From Paraspadella gotoi (taxonomy: Eukaryota; Animalia; Chaetognatha): DNA of 64,000 nt. The notes under the pieces were generated by a model that saw only the letters and a list, made by a program, of their open reading frames with translations, made no database searches and was not told where the DNA came from. The stretch spans positions 18,015,710 to 18,079,709 of the forward strand of contig CM119270.1 of assembly GCA_051294375.1 (NCBI GenBank), given 5' to 3'. A program made the translations under genes and the position numbers. Below are positions 1 to 10,491 of this stretch, one piece after another. Positions within the stretch are counted from its first letter, which is position 1. The number at the start of each line of letters is the position of its first letter.

Positions 1-81
1 GCTAAAAAAAACATATTTCAAATTAGAAAAATACTGCTAATTTTTAATAATTATTTAAAATCGGTTGTATCTTCTTTGCAG

Positions 82-148
82 GTTTGATAAAACTGGTCGT
101 TTCGCCAAAAGCATTTTAAACGTCGAAAAATATTGTCTGTGTGAATGA
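82..148 (+). CDS. Probable terminal coding exon of a gene starting upstream of the window; ends ...FAKSILNVEKYCLCE* (C-x-C terminus)
   Basis: Pyrimidine tract + CAG acceptor (cttctttgcag, 71-81); phase-2 reading gives FDKTGRFAKSILNVEKYCLCE then TGA at 146-148. Confidence 0.4.
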
Positions 149-345
149 AATGAAGGCAGTTATAGTATAAAGAAAAAATTATAAGAAACAGTACAATGTC
201 TAGCAAAAGACTAGTATAATCCTAAAAATTTGAAAAAAAAAAATCGAAACAGCAAACTGCTCACTTGTTTGAATAGGACATAGAGGGCAATCAAAAACAG
301 CGTTACCCAGAAAACTATTACCGAGTTAAAACAAGAACACTTTAG

Positions 346-1245
346 TTATTTTTTAGCTAAGTAATCTATAAAATATTAACGCAATCAACATTAAATATTA
401 AAAATTTCTCACCGTAAGAGGGAGTTTTGCGGGCGGAATTTTTTATTCCAATTTGATCGTTCATCTTTGGAATTTGAGGCAAAGAAACAGAGAGATCCGA
501 ATCGCGAGGTTTATCTGACATTCGAGGTATTTTAATGATTAATAATGAGTTAATATATCAAATATATATTAACATATTATGATAAGTATTTTGTATTATT
601 TACCCGATAACAGAGATTCCGCTCTTTTCGTCCACCAAGCTGAAAGATTGAGACGAAAGCGTTTTTTTTGTTTTTAATAAATCAATTAATTAATTATTCA
701 ATCAAAATTAGTAATAGTATACTCACTGTTTCTCTTTTCGATGTCCCGATAGTGATAATTTTGAATTGACATTTTCGGTCTCAAGATGTAACCTGAAAAA
801 AACGATATTGTGGTGGTATATTCACACCGCCTCATGTCCGCCTTCCTTCAGCCAAATCCATTGGCTCAGAGTGGGAACACACCATCCCAGGCGTAGTGTT
901 CCATCCACAGTCCTAACGACTTCCCTCTGCGTTGGCAAAGAGAGACCGTCCGAGGGTAACCGCGCCAGTGACTGGAGGCGTCACTGAGGGTCGGAAGCTC
1001 CCAAAGTCAACAGTGAGATGCCCCCTCCCAATGGGCATCACAGGCAACCCGGCTGTTGCCATAATATACAATTTTCCGAAACCAGGACTGACATTAATCA
1101 GGGTCAATGATATATTTCAATAAATAAATTGATACATCATTAAGTAAATAACCATACCGCTTGTGATTATGTTTGAAGAAAGAAATGAAATGATAATCGC
1201 CGCTCTTAAAAGATAATGTTGACGATTGTCTCTCTGATTGATCAT
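346..1245 (-). CDS. Small secreted, neuropeptide-precursor-like protein (~103 aa), 5 coding exons: 1245-1158, 792-727, 639-604, 514-413, 365-346
   Basis: Four consecutive GT-AG introns, all phase 1, join without stops into MINQRDNRQHYLLRAAIIISFLSSNIITS-GYILRPKMSIQNYHYRDIEKRNTWWTKRAESLLSDKPRDSDLSVSLPQIPKMNDQIGIKNSARKTPSYDYLAKK*. It has a hydrophobic N-terminal segment and two KR dibasic sites. The 3' end is uncertain because another GTGAG donor lies at 264-260. Confidence 0.7.
826..1060. other. GC-rich, multi-hairpin intronic element (possible SINE/retroelement fragment or structured RNA)
   Basis: Sharp GC island inside an AT-rich intron with successive inverted repeats: agccaa/ttggct, ggaacac/gtgttcc, cagtgac/gtcactg, gatgccc/gggcatc, ggcaac/gttgcc. 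Confidence 0.4.
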
Positions 1246-1616
1246 GGTGACCTTAAAAACAAAAAAATAAGTCGAAGAAGACACGAATGAAGGAAATCCA
1301 TCAAGCCGCTAAATGGTCTTATTAAAAATAATAATATCCAATCAAACGGAATTAAATACTATGAGACACAGCGCGAGTAAGTTCTCCACGTTTAAATCAC
1401 AGATATATTACTACTATGTATAATAGCAATACTATATTAATATAAGCGCCAAGTCCCGTTATTTATTACCGGAGACAACTATCTCGAAGAGTTGGATCGC
1501 CGACCCTTGCAAATTTTCGCCCAACAACGACCTGCCTTCCCTCATCCGCGGACAATAAACGGCCCACGAAAACTTTCCCCAGCGCCGAGCGCCAAAAGAC
1601 GTCACTGGACCGCCAA

Positions 1617-1624
1617 TGACGTCA
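1617..1624. promoter_or_regulatory. Full palindromic CRE (TGACGTCA), overlapped by CCAAT, in the GC-rich region upstream of the peptide-precursor-like gene
   Basis: ccaatgacgtca at 1613-1624; further TGACGTCA at 2303, 4875 and 5580 (=7441 duplicate). Confidence 0.4.
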
Positions 1625-1780
1625 AGGCGCCGCAGCGGGGGCCCCTCGCGGTGCCCGGAGGCGCCAGGCGGTCCCGTCGTTTAGTTCCCCTTTTCGTCTT
1701 CATTTGGAGGAAAAACTTTTTTTTTCGAAAATTAGATGCCCGAGGGAATTTTTTTCTTTTTTTGGAGGAAAGAGAGAAAA

Positions 1781-1889
<109 letters not shown>

Positions 1890-2143
1890 GCGAGGCTTGG
1901 GGTAGAATCGGAGTTTATTGCGACATAGCGCTCATAAAGAAGATAAGGAGAGACTGCTGATCAGGTTGTTTAGCTCTTTGTCAGTTTGTCTTGATGTCAG
2001 TTTTTAGTAGGTGGTAGATTGTAGGTTCAAATGTCGAATCTGCATTGCATCGTTGTTGATAAACAGACAATAAAGAAAAGAAAAAAAGAAAAAGGAAATA
2101 AGAAAAAAAGAAAGAGAGCATGACAGATAGAAAAGAAGAAAAA

Positions 2144-2144
2144 A

Positions 2145-2236
<92 letters not shown>

Positions 2237-2237
2237 A
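2144..2237. repeat. (AAAG)n tetranucleotide microsatellite; complementary (TTTC)n at ~17046-17146
   Basis: Direct inspection. Confidence 0.95.
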
Positions 2238-2613
2238 AAAAAGAAAGACTCAAAACAAATAAGATCAATGAAGCGAACAATTAGCGAAAGAGAAAAAAAA
2301 ATTGACGTCAACTTGAAAAAAAGTTTTTTCTGGCGAAAAAAACTTTTTCGCTTCGAGGTTTTTTAAAAATCAGTATCGAAAGAAAACGGAGAAGCGGGTG
2401 AGAGAAAGAATAAAAGGTAAGGTTGTGTGGTAAGTGAGTCGGACCATTTCTGACCACGAACTTGGGAAATCCGACCGACTTATGTTGCAAGATTTTCCGG
2501 GCCCTGAATCAATGATAAAATTCAAACATTTAGTAAATAGTTTAGTAAACTAAAAAGTTTAGAAAACTAAATCTTTAGTAAACTAAACCCTAAAACATTC
2601 AAAGATAAAATTT

Positions 2614-2765
2614 ACGAGGACAACGACGATGACGAAGATAGTGACGACGATAACGACGACGATAACGATGACGATGACGAAGATAGTGACGACGATAACG
2701 ACGACGATAACGACGACGATAACGACGACGATAACGACGACGATGACGACGAGGACAACGACGAT
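2614..2765. repeat. Degenerate (GAC/GAT/AAC)n trinucleotide array
   Basis: gacgacgataac units; similar GAC runs occur throughout the window. Confidence 0.85.
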
Positions 2766-3727
2766 CAATAAGGACAAAGAAAGACAAAGGGTCTCCACTG
2801 ATTTTCAAAACTTGTCAAAATGATTTCAAGTAAATAAAATTGGCACAACCTATTTAAAAATTAACCATTAATTTAATAAATACATAAGCTATCTTGCCCC
2901 TGACTTTTGACAGGCGATGGAGGTTTTAGGCCTTCATCACACTTACTAGATAATAAAATACCACGACCCTGCAAACTTTCAATTAAAACTCTATCACAGT
3001 CCAGTTTATTCACTCCCAGAGTACCTGGCTTCCTTATCAATGTTTCAAAGAAAATTTCAATTGTATAAAAGGACCATTTGAACTTACAGAATATTTAACC
3101 AGTGGCTGCGCCAATACATGTAAACCACCTTCAAGGGCTTAAACTGAACTGTTACTGCAGCACTAAAAACATTTTGGTACTTGCAAAAATATTTTATATA
3201 TCAAAACAATATTATTTTTATTTTGATATATTATATATGATTAAAATTCTTTGATGAAGACATAGAATAGAAATAAAGTCGCTATATGCCGTATTCGTTT
3301 TTCAACTGTCATTCTCGTAAGTAGGAATATTTCCGATCGAAATTCGATGAGTCTGTTGAGACATTTTGTCAAATAAAAAAAAAAGAGTCGAAGGCGTGGG
3401 AGTTGGTCTGTCAGTCAGTCTGTCAGATCCGAGTCTCAATCGCGTATATAAACTTTTTCGGAGAAGAAGAAAAAAGGATTTTTTTTTTGAGGAATTTGTT
3501 TGCGCATTTTTCAAATCTTTTTCGTTCCCCGAATTTTTTTTCCATTTTAACTTTTCGCGTCCTCATTCCTATCATTTTTTCCATATGTAAATAAGTAGTA
3601 AGTGGACAAAATTACGGTCATTGTTAAAAAAAAATCATTAGAAGAATTAAAAATTGGTGGGTATTTTTCTGGTATTTTAATTCCTTCTGTTTGAGAAAAA
3701 AAATTGCTATACACATGTAGAATTAAA

Positions 3728-4083
3728 GGCTCACTTTTCTGAAAGTGCCCCATTTCTGTTCGTTTATCCCAAAATTTGATATTAACATTGATATTTAACC
3801 TAAATATGTTCTTTAACTTAATAACTAATCCCTATCCCTAATCTCCAATCCAAAACGCTCCTCCCTAACCCATTTCCTCAACCCTAATTGCAAACCAATC
3901 CGCTAACCTTAATAAATAACCTAATCCTTTTTCCCTAACCTTAATAAATAACCTAACCCTTTACCCCTAACCTTAATAAATAACCTAATCATTTACCCCT
4001 ATCCTCTAACGGAATCTTTAAACCTACTAACTCACTTAATTCCGAATATAAGATAAAATGGGGCGTTCTGCGAAAATAAGGTC
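3728..4083 (+). mobile_element. MITE-like dispersed repeat, family A (GGC...GCC-type ~28-bp TIRs, internal TAACC(C/T) repeats)
   Basis: Left ggctcacttttctgaaagtgccccattt and right aaatggggcgttctgcgaaaataaggtc are imperfect inverted repeats; related copies at 18452-18642, 51737-51948 and 56274-56456 (inverted). Confidence 0.65.
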
Positions 4084-4243
4084 AACTTTTTCAATGTATT
4101 TTTGGTTTGTTGTTTTTTTTACCCCGATTCCCTTTTGTTTTCGATCCGTGACGCGGGAACGAGACACTTTTAATTAAAAGAAAGAGGAAGACGCGGATCG
4201 ATATCGCGGGTTAAGAACCTCGGCATTTGGAAGGTCTTGACGC

Positions 4244-4302
4244 TTTGATATTTGACATTTGACATTTGACACTTGACACTTGACATTTGACATTTGACAT
4301 TC
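4244..4302. repeat. Heptamer tandem array (YTTGACA)n
   Basis: tttgata tttgaca tttgaca tttgaca cttgaca cttgaca tttgaca tttgaca. Confidence 0.85.
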
Positions 4303-4659
4303 GTCGTGAAAGGATTTCTGATATTCAAGACTATTGGAAGAACCTAATGGGTTTTAAGTCATTGTTGCGCCATTACGTGTGATTCAATGCGAGCACTTTA
4401 ATGCACAAGTTTGGGTTATGCATAAGTTATTCAATGTAAACCAATCAAAGCTGAAACGCCACAGAGTGTGTGTCAATTTTTGCGTCAAAGTGGGCGTAAC
4501 AATGAGTGATAGTTTTTGCTTGCGCATTCATTAGTTGTAGCAATATTTGCGTTATAAAGAAAGTGCATCACTATGTTGTAATGTTTGTGTTATTACGTGC
4601 AAGTCAAAGAAGGTGTATCAGGGATTGCATCATGGTGTGCAAATTATTTCGTACGCTTC

Positions 4660-4795
4660 AGTGCATGTGCGTCAATTTGAGCGCTTCAACGCGTGCATGT
4701 CGATGCGTTCATGTCAATGCGTGCATGTCAATGCGTGCATGTCAATGCGTTCATGTCAATGCGTGCATGTCAATGCGTTCATGTCAATGTCAACG
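4660..4795. repeat. 14-bp minisatellite (TGCGT[G/T]CATGTCAA)n
   Basis: Direct inspection; about 7 well-preserved units. Confidence 0.85.
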
Positions 4796-4898
4796 TTCAG
4801 CCATTGGAACCAAACCCGAAAAATTTTTTTTCGGAAAATCGAAAAAAATAAAACTAATCGACTTCCAACAAATATGACGTCAATGGATCGAACAGCAA

Positions 4899-4984
<86 letters not shown>

Positions 4985-4992
<8 letters not shown>

Positions 4993-5127
4993 CAAATAAT
5001 TTAAATTACTTTCATTCGTGTAAATTATTTAGATTTAATACTTTTTGTTTGTTTGTACATAAATTTATGTACCGCTCTGTAACAATATGTTTTGTTAATG
5101 TGTTAACTGTCACATTTTTGAGCTTAT

Positions 5128-5215
<88 letters not shown>

Positions 5216-5502
5216 TGAGACCTTAATTCCTTATTTTCATATTATATTTTATATTGTCTTTCAATCCATTTTAACTTTCCCTTTTTATTTCCCATTGTAC
5301 ATCGCCTTTCGAACTCCCTCCATTTTTTTTTTCTTTTCCTCCTTTTCCTCCTTCCCACCCTTTCCATCAATTCCTTCCTTTCCTCTCTCTTTCGTCTTCC
5401 GACGCCGTTTTTCCTGGTCGGCGCTAAACGTGCCGTCGGCGTCGGTGGCGCCGTTGCTTGGCGCCAAATGACGCAAAACCTGCGTCATTTGGTCCTTGAG
5501 AG

Positions 5503-5541
<39 letters not shown>

Positions 5542-6125
5542 TTTCTTCTTCCTTTTCATCGTTCTCTCATGAAGCTGAATGACGTCATAGATACGAACGA
5601 CAAAAGGCAACCGCGGACGACGACGACGACGCCGACGCCGACGACGACGACGACGACGACGACGACGAAAACTTAAAGTTTCTCTTTCGCAAAAAAAGTA
5701 AATCCGCAGAAACTGAAAACCGTCCGTCGGTGGATCCCTAGTAAAAAAAATCTCTTCCGCCCACGAGACGAAGAAAAAAAAAATATATCGAATTGTATAA
5801 GAAATAAAAAAAAGAGATAAATGGAACTCTAGATGATAACAACAACGACAACGACAACGACGATAACGACTATTCTCATCGCGTGGACTGGGAGAGAAAA
5901 AAAAAAGATTGCCACAGAAGATTAAAATCGAAAGAGAAGAAAACTTTGAGAATTCGTAGACGATTAATGAGAAGTCAACAAAGAATTTGGGATTAACTGA
6001 TAACATTCCCGGTAAAAAAACATGTTACGGTTACAAAAGAATACGAAGAATGAAAAAAAATACGAACTTTTTTCATTTCGTCTTGAATAAAACAGAAACA
6101 CGTAAAGACTAAAGTAAGACGACGT

Positions 6126-6205
<80 letters not shown>

Positions 6206-6804
6206 ATGAAGTGCTCTCCCCTCTCGTCTTCACCCTAATTCTCTCCGCTCTGACTTTCCGCCTCGATCGTCGCCATCATCGTCTCGGCGTTGTTAAAGGC
6301 GCCGCCCAGCCGCCCACTCGCCCACGCGGACGCCAGCTTCGACGACGCCGCAAACGCGTCGATTTACGACGCAGTCGCGTGATTCTTCGCGCCGCCAACC
6401 GACGCCGCGGCGCCGTCGAATCTCTAAAACGATTCCTACCGACGCCTCGGACGATGACGCCGCCGACTCCGCCTTACCTCATCTCTCATCTCCGTTCCAT
6501 CCTCACCCTAGCCCTTCGCGCTGCTCCGGCGCCTCCATCCGGTCAGTCAACATCGGCGTCGTCGGGCGACGGCTTCGACTCCGCGCGGCTTCGGAGAAGA
6601 CGGCGCCGGTGTTAAAACGACGGCGGTGACGCCGACGGGTATCGCCGAAGACTCTATCGTCGCCGACCGACCACGCCCAACAGCGTGGCGCCCCAGGGTT
6701 AACGAGCGTCAGAAAACGACGCCGCGTCGATCGGCGTCGACAACGGCGTTCAGGCGTCATCGTGTCGTCGACGTTTCGCGTCACGACGCCGCCACGAGAG
6801 ACGC
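4985..6804. repeat. Near-identical ~1.8 kb duplicate of 6830-8712 ending at a 25-N gap (probable assembly artefact); contains a second copy of the 5' part of the Jeb-like gene (ATG ~6206)
   Basis: Colinear sequence differing mostly by single-base indels; copy 1 stops exactly at gap 6805-6829. Confidence 0.85.
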
Positions 6805-6980
6805 NNNNNNNNNNNNNNNNNNNNNNNNNTCTCTCTCTCTTTCTCTAAATAATTTAAATTACTTTCATTCGTGTAAATTATTTAGATTTAATACTTTTTG
6901 TTTGTTTGTACATAAATTTATGTACCGCTCTGTAACAATATGTTTTGTTAATGTGTTAACTGTCACATTTTTGAGCTTAT

Positions 6981-7075
<95 letters not shown>

Positions 7076-7363
7076 AGACCTTAATTCCTTATTTTTCATA
7101 TTATATTTTATATTGTCTTTCAATCCATTTTAACTTTCCCCTTTTTATTTCCCATTGTACATCGCCTTTCGAACTCCCTCCATTTTTTTTTCTTTTCCTC
7201 CCTTTTCCTCCTTCCCACCCTTTCCATCAATTCCTTCCTTTCCTCTCTCTTTCGTCTTCCGACGCCGTTTTTCCTGGGTCGGCGCTAAACGTGCCGTCAG
7301 CGTCGGTGGCGCCGTTGCTTGGCGCCAAATGACGCAAAACCTGCGTCATTTCGTCCTTGAGAG

Positions 7364-7402
<39 letters not shown>

Positions 7403-8057
7403 TTTCTTCTTCCTTTTCATCGTTCTCTCATGAAGCTGAATGACGTCATAGATACGAACGACAAAAGGCAACCGCGACCACGACGACGACGCCGACGCCG
7501 ACGACGACGACGACGACGACGAAACGACGACGAACGACGACGACGACGAACGACGACGACACGAAACTTAAAAGTTTCTCTTTCGCAAAAAAAGTAAATC
7601 CGCAGAAACTGAAAACCGTCCGTCGGTGGATCCCTAGTAAAAAAAATCTCTTCCGCCCACGAGACGAAGAAAAAAAAAATATATCGAATTGTATAAGAAA
7701 TAAAAAAAAAAGAGATAAATGGAACTCTAGATGATAACAACAACGACAACGACAACGACGATAACGACTATTCTCATCGCGTGGACTGGGAGAGAAAAAA
7801 AAAAAGATTGCCACAGAAGATTAAAATCGAAAGAGAAGAAAACTTTGAGAATTCGTAGACGATTAATGAGAAGTCAACAAAGAATTTGGGATTAACTGAT
7901 AACATTCCCGGTAAAAAACATGTTACGGTTACAAAAGAAATACGAAGAATGAAAAAAAATACGAACTTTTTTTCATTTTCGTCTTGAATAAAACAGAAAC
8001 ACGTAAAGACTAAAAGTAGACGACGTAATCTCTCTCTCTCTCTCTTCTCTTCCTCTC

Positions 8058-8106
<49 letters not shown>

Positions 8107-9395
8107 ATGAAGTGCTCCTCCCCTCTCGTCTTCACCCTAATTCTCTCCGCTCTGACTTTCGCCTCGATCGTGCGCCATCATCGTCTCGGCGTTGTTAAAG
8201 GCGCCGCCCACGCCGCCCACTCCGCCCACGCGGACGCCAGCTTCGACGACGCCGCAAACGCGTCGATTTACGACGCAGTCGCGTGATTCTTCGCGCCGCC
8301 AACCGACGCCGCGGCGCCGTCGAATCTCTAAAACGATTCCTACCGACGCCTCGGACGATGACGCCGCCGACTCCGCCTTACCTCATCTCTCATCTCCGTT
8401 CCATCCTCACCCTAGCCCTTTCGCGCTGCTCCGGCGCCTCCATCCGGTCAGTCAACATCGGCGTCGTCGTCGGCGACGGCTTCGACTCCGCGCGGCTTCG
8501 GGAGAAGACGGCGCCGGTGTTAAAACGACGGCGGTGACGCCGACGGGTATCGCCGAAGACTCTATCGTCGCCGACCGACCACGCCCAACAGCGTGGCGCC
8601 CCAGGGTTAACGAGCGTCAGAAAACGACGCCGCGTCGATCGGCGTCGACAACGGCGTTCAGGCGTCATCGTGTCGTCGACGTTTCGCGTCACGACGCCGC
8701 CACGAGAGACGCCATCGTCACCAACGACGTGGAAATGCGAAAGAAGACGAAAAGCGGCGTCGCTTCTAAACCCGGCGCCGTTTCCACTCGCGCCGTCTCC
8801 GGATTCAGAAGACTAGAGCGCCGAAAATCATCTCTCGGCGTCGCGAGACAAAGATCTACGACGCCGAGACGAGTCGGCGCCGGAAAAAAGACCTCAAACA
8901 TTTTCGCGCGACGGACGGGGGCGTCGGCGGCCGGAAGATCGCGCGCCGGAGAGAGAACAACGGCGGCGTCGGCGGTGACCGGCTGCGGCGTCATCCACCC
9001 GTCACCCGCGGGATCGTGCGGCGTCAACGACCATCACGACGCCGTTCCATGTCCCGCCGCGATCCGAACGGCGTCCCAAAATTCGCCTGCACCCATTCAT
9101 TCCCCGATAAGCGCCGGGGCCAAGCCCACGAAGACGACGCCGCCGGACGACCGCCTCTCGTCTCCGCCCCTGCATCGAGGATCATCAACTATGCGACGGC
9201 GTCGCCGACTGTCCGGCCTCGGAAGAACAGGCCCCCGCCACTTGTCTCCTTCATAGAGTCACCATGAATTACATGAGGGTTTTGACGGACGCCGTGTTCG
9301 AGTTGAATAGAGGATTTCCGGGGGGGAGGAAGAGGGGGAGGAGAACCAAGGGGGAGAGGGAGGAGGAGGAGGAGAGATGGGTGGTGTTGGGGTAA
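8107..9395 (+). CDS. jeb: Jelly belly (Jeb)/HEN-1-like secreted LDLa-domain protein (putative ALK ligand), broken by several indels in this assembly
   Basis: ATG 8107 begins a hydrophobic leader (MKCSSPLVFTLILSALTFASIV..IIVSALL, combining both copies), followed by a low-complexity T/R/P-rich region. Across three frames it then reads CPAA / DPNGVPKFACTHSFPD / RPCIEDHQLCDGVADCPASEEQAPATCLLHRVTMNYMRVLTDAVFEL (9171 onward, stop 9393-9395). This matches the recalled Jeb C-terminus CP...FACP..D..GRYRCIDDHVLCDGFIDCP.GEDED...CMFYKTTKAHLDVLADALL. Confidence 0.72.
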
Positions 9396-9859
9396 AAGGA
9401 GGAAGAGGAGGAGGAAGAATAGAGAAAAGGAAGAGAGGTAGGTGCAACTAGGATCAGGGAGGAAGAAAGGAAAGGAAGAAGGAAGAAGAACGACAGATTT
9501 AATTTATATGTAGGTAGGAGGAGGAGGAGGAGGAGGAAAAGAGAGAGAGAGAGAGCGGCGAGGAAACAAGTCCGTCTCGCAGCTTGGAAATTAAAAACAA
9601 GAACGGTAATTCCAATGTTTTGCGCCGCAGTCTTTATTTTCACGCGTATTTGATCAGATGATATGACATGACATGACTAAAAAACTTTCTTTTCTTGTGT
9701 ATTTATGACATGCACTGCATCGAAATTCCGTCTTTTATTCCCTATAGTTTAAGGAATTCCTGAAGGCGGCGCTAGCAGTCTCTTAGATTTGAGGTTTTTT
9801 TGGTCTTAACTAATGAGCAACCAACTGTAAGCAAATTACAGTATATTTTTTAACATAAA

Positions 9860-9970
9860 TTTTTAACGTAAATAGGACAGATCAATGGACGGACATACCG
9901 ATCGACCAACAACCCGACCGAAAAGTTACTTATAGAGTTGCTCCGCGAGTACTTGCGGCGCAATTAAAAA
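9860..9970 (-). mobile_element. Helentron/HINE (DINE-1-like) non-autonomous element fragment
   Basis: Minus strand reads T-run, hairpin ttgcgccgcaagtactcgcggagcaa, core ctctataag, then (GGTC/GTCC)-type microsatellite; related pieces at ~11620-11660, 57551-57640 and 42650-42725. Confidence 0.5.
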
Positions 9971-10430
9971 GGAAACCAAGTTCACCTGTTTAACCAGATC
10001 GCATTTTTTTGTAATACCCTAAAATTGAGCTCGGCTGATATTTAAATATATTTAAATAAATATGCATTTCTTAAGAAAAACCTTTATTTTATTTTTTTCA
10101 AAAGATTGAAGTTTTTTTATACATCCGAAACCTAAATATTCTTAAATGTCGAGTTTGATTTTTAGGTTCCATTGTAGATGCGTTTTAAGCATGGGTATAG
10201 CTTCTTGCAAACATCCGGTTCCCGTTCTATAGTTATATTTTTTAGTACATTTAAATTTTTTTTTTAATTAGAAAAAAAGACGATTTATATTTTCGAATAT
10301 AAAGATTACATCCCGTTTTGTAAAATGTTAAAACTTATATTGGAGATTATTTTCTATTTTAATTAAAAGTTTCCTAAAAATAATTACAACTTTCTTACCT
10401 TATTTTATAGTCCATTCTAAAGCAGCTTTT

Positions 10431-10491
<61 letters not shown>

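Noticed and set aside
6206-6804. Apparent second Jeb-like gene (tandem duplication)
   Set aside because: Near-identical copy terminating exactly at a 25-N gap; best explained as an assembly duplication.
8192-9256. 354-aa ORF taken at face value
   Set aside because: Its start and C-terminus are out of frame with the hydrophobic leader and the LDLa domain; treated as part of the frameshifted Jeb-like gene.
9171-9300. Prohormone-4 (IDLSRF) assignment for the LDLa domain
   Set aside because: The FAC...CIED(D)H.LCDG and downstream T..(H/Y)(L/M).VL.DA pattern fits Jeb better; no IDLSR-like peptide seen.
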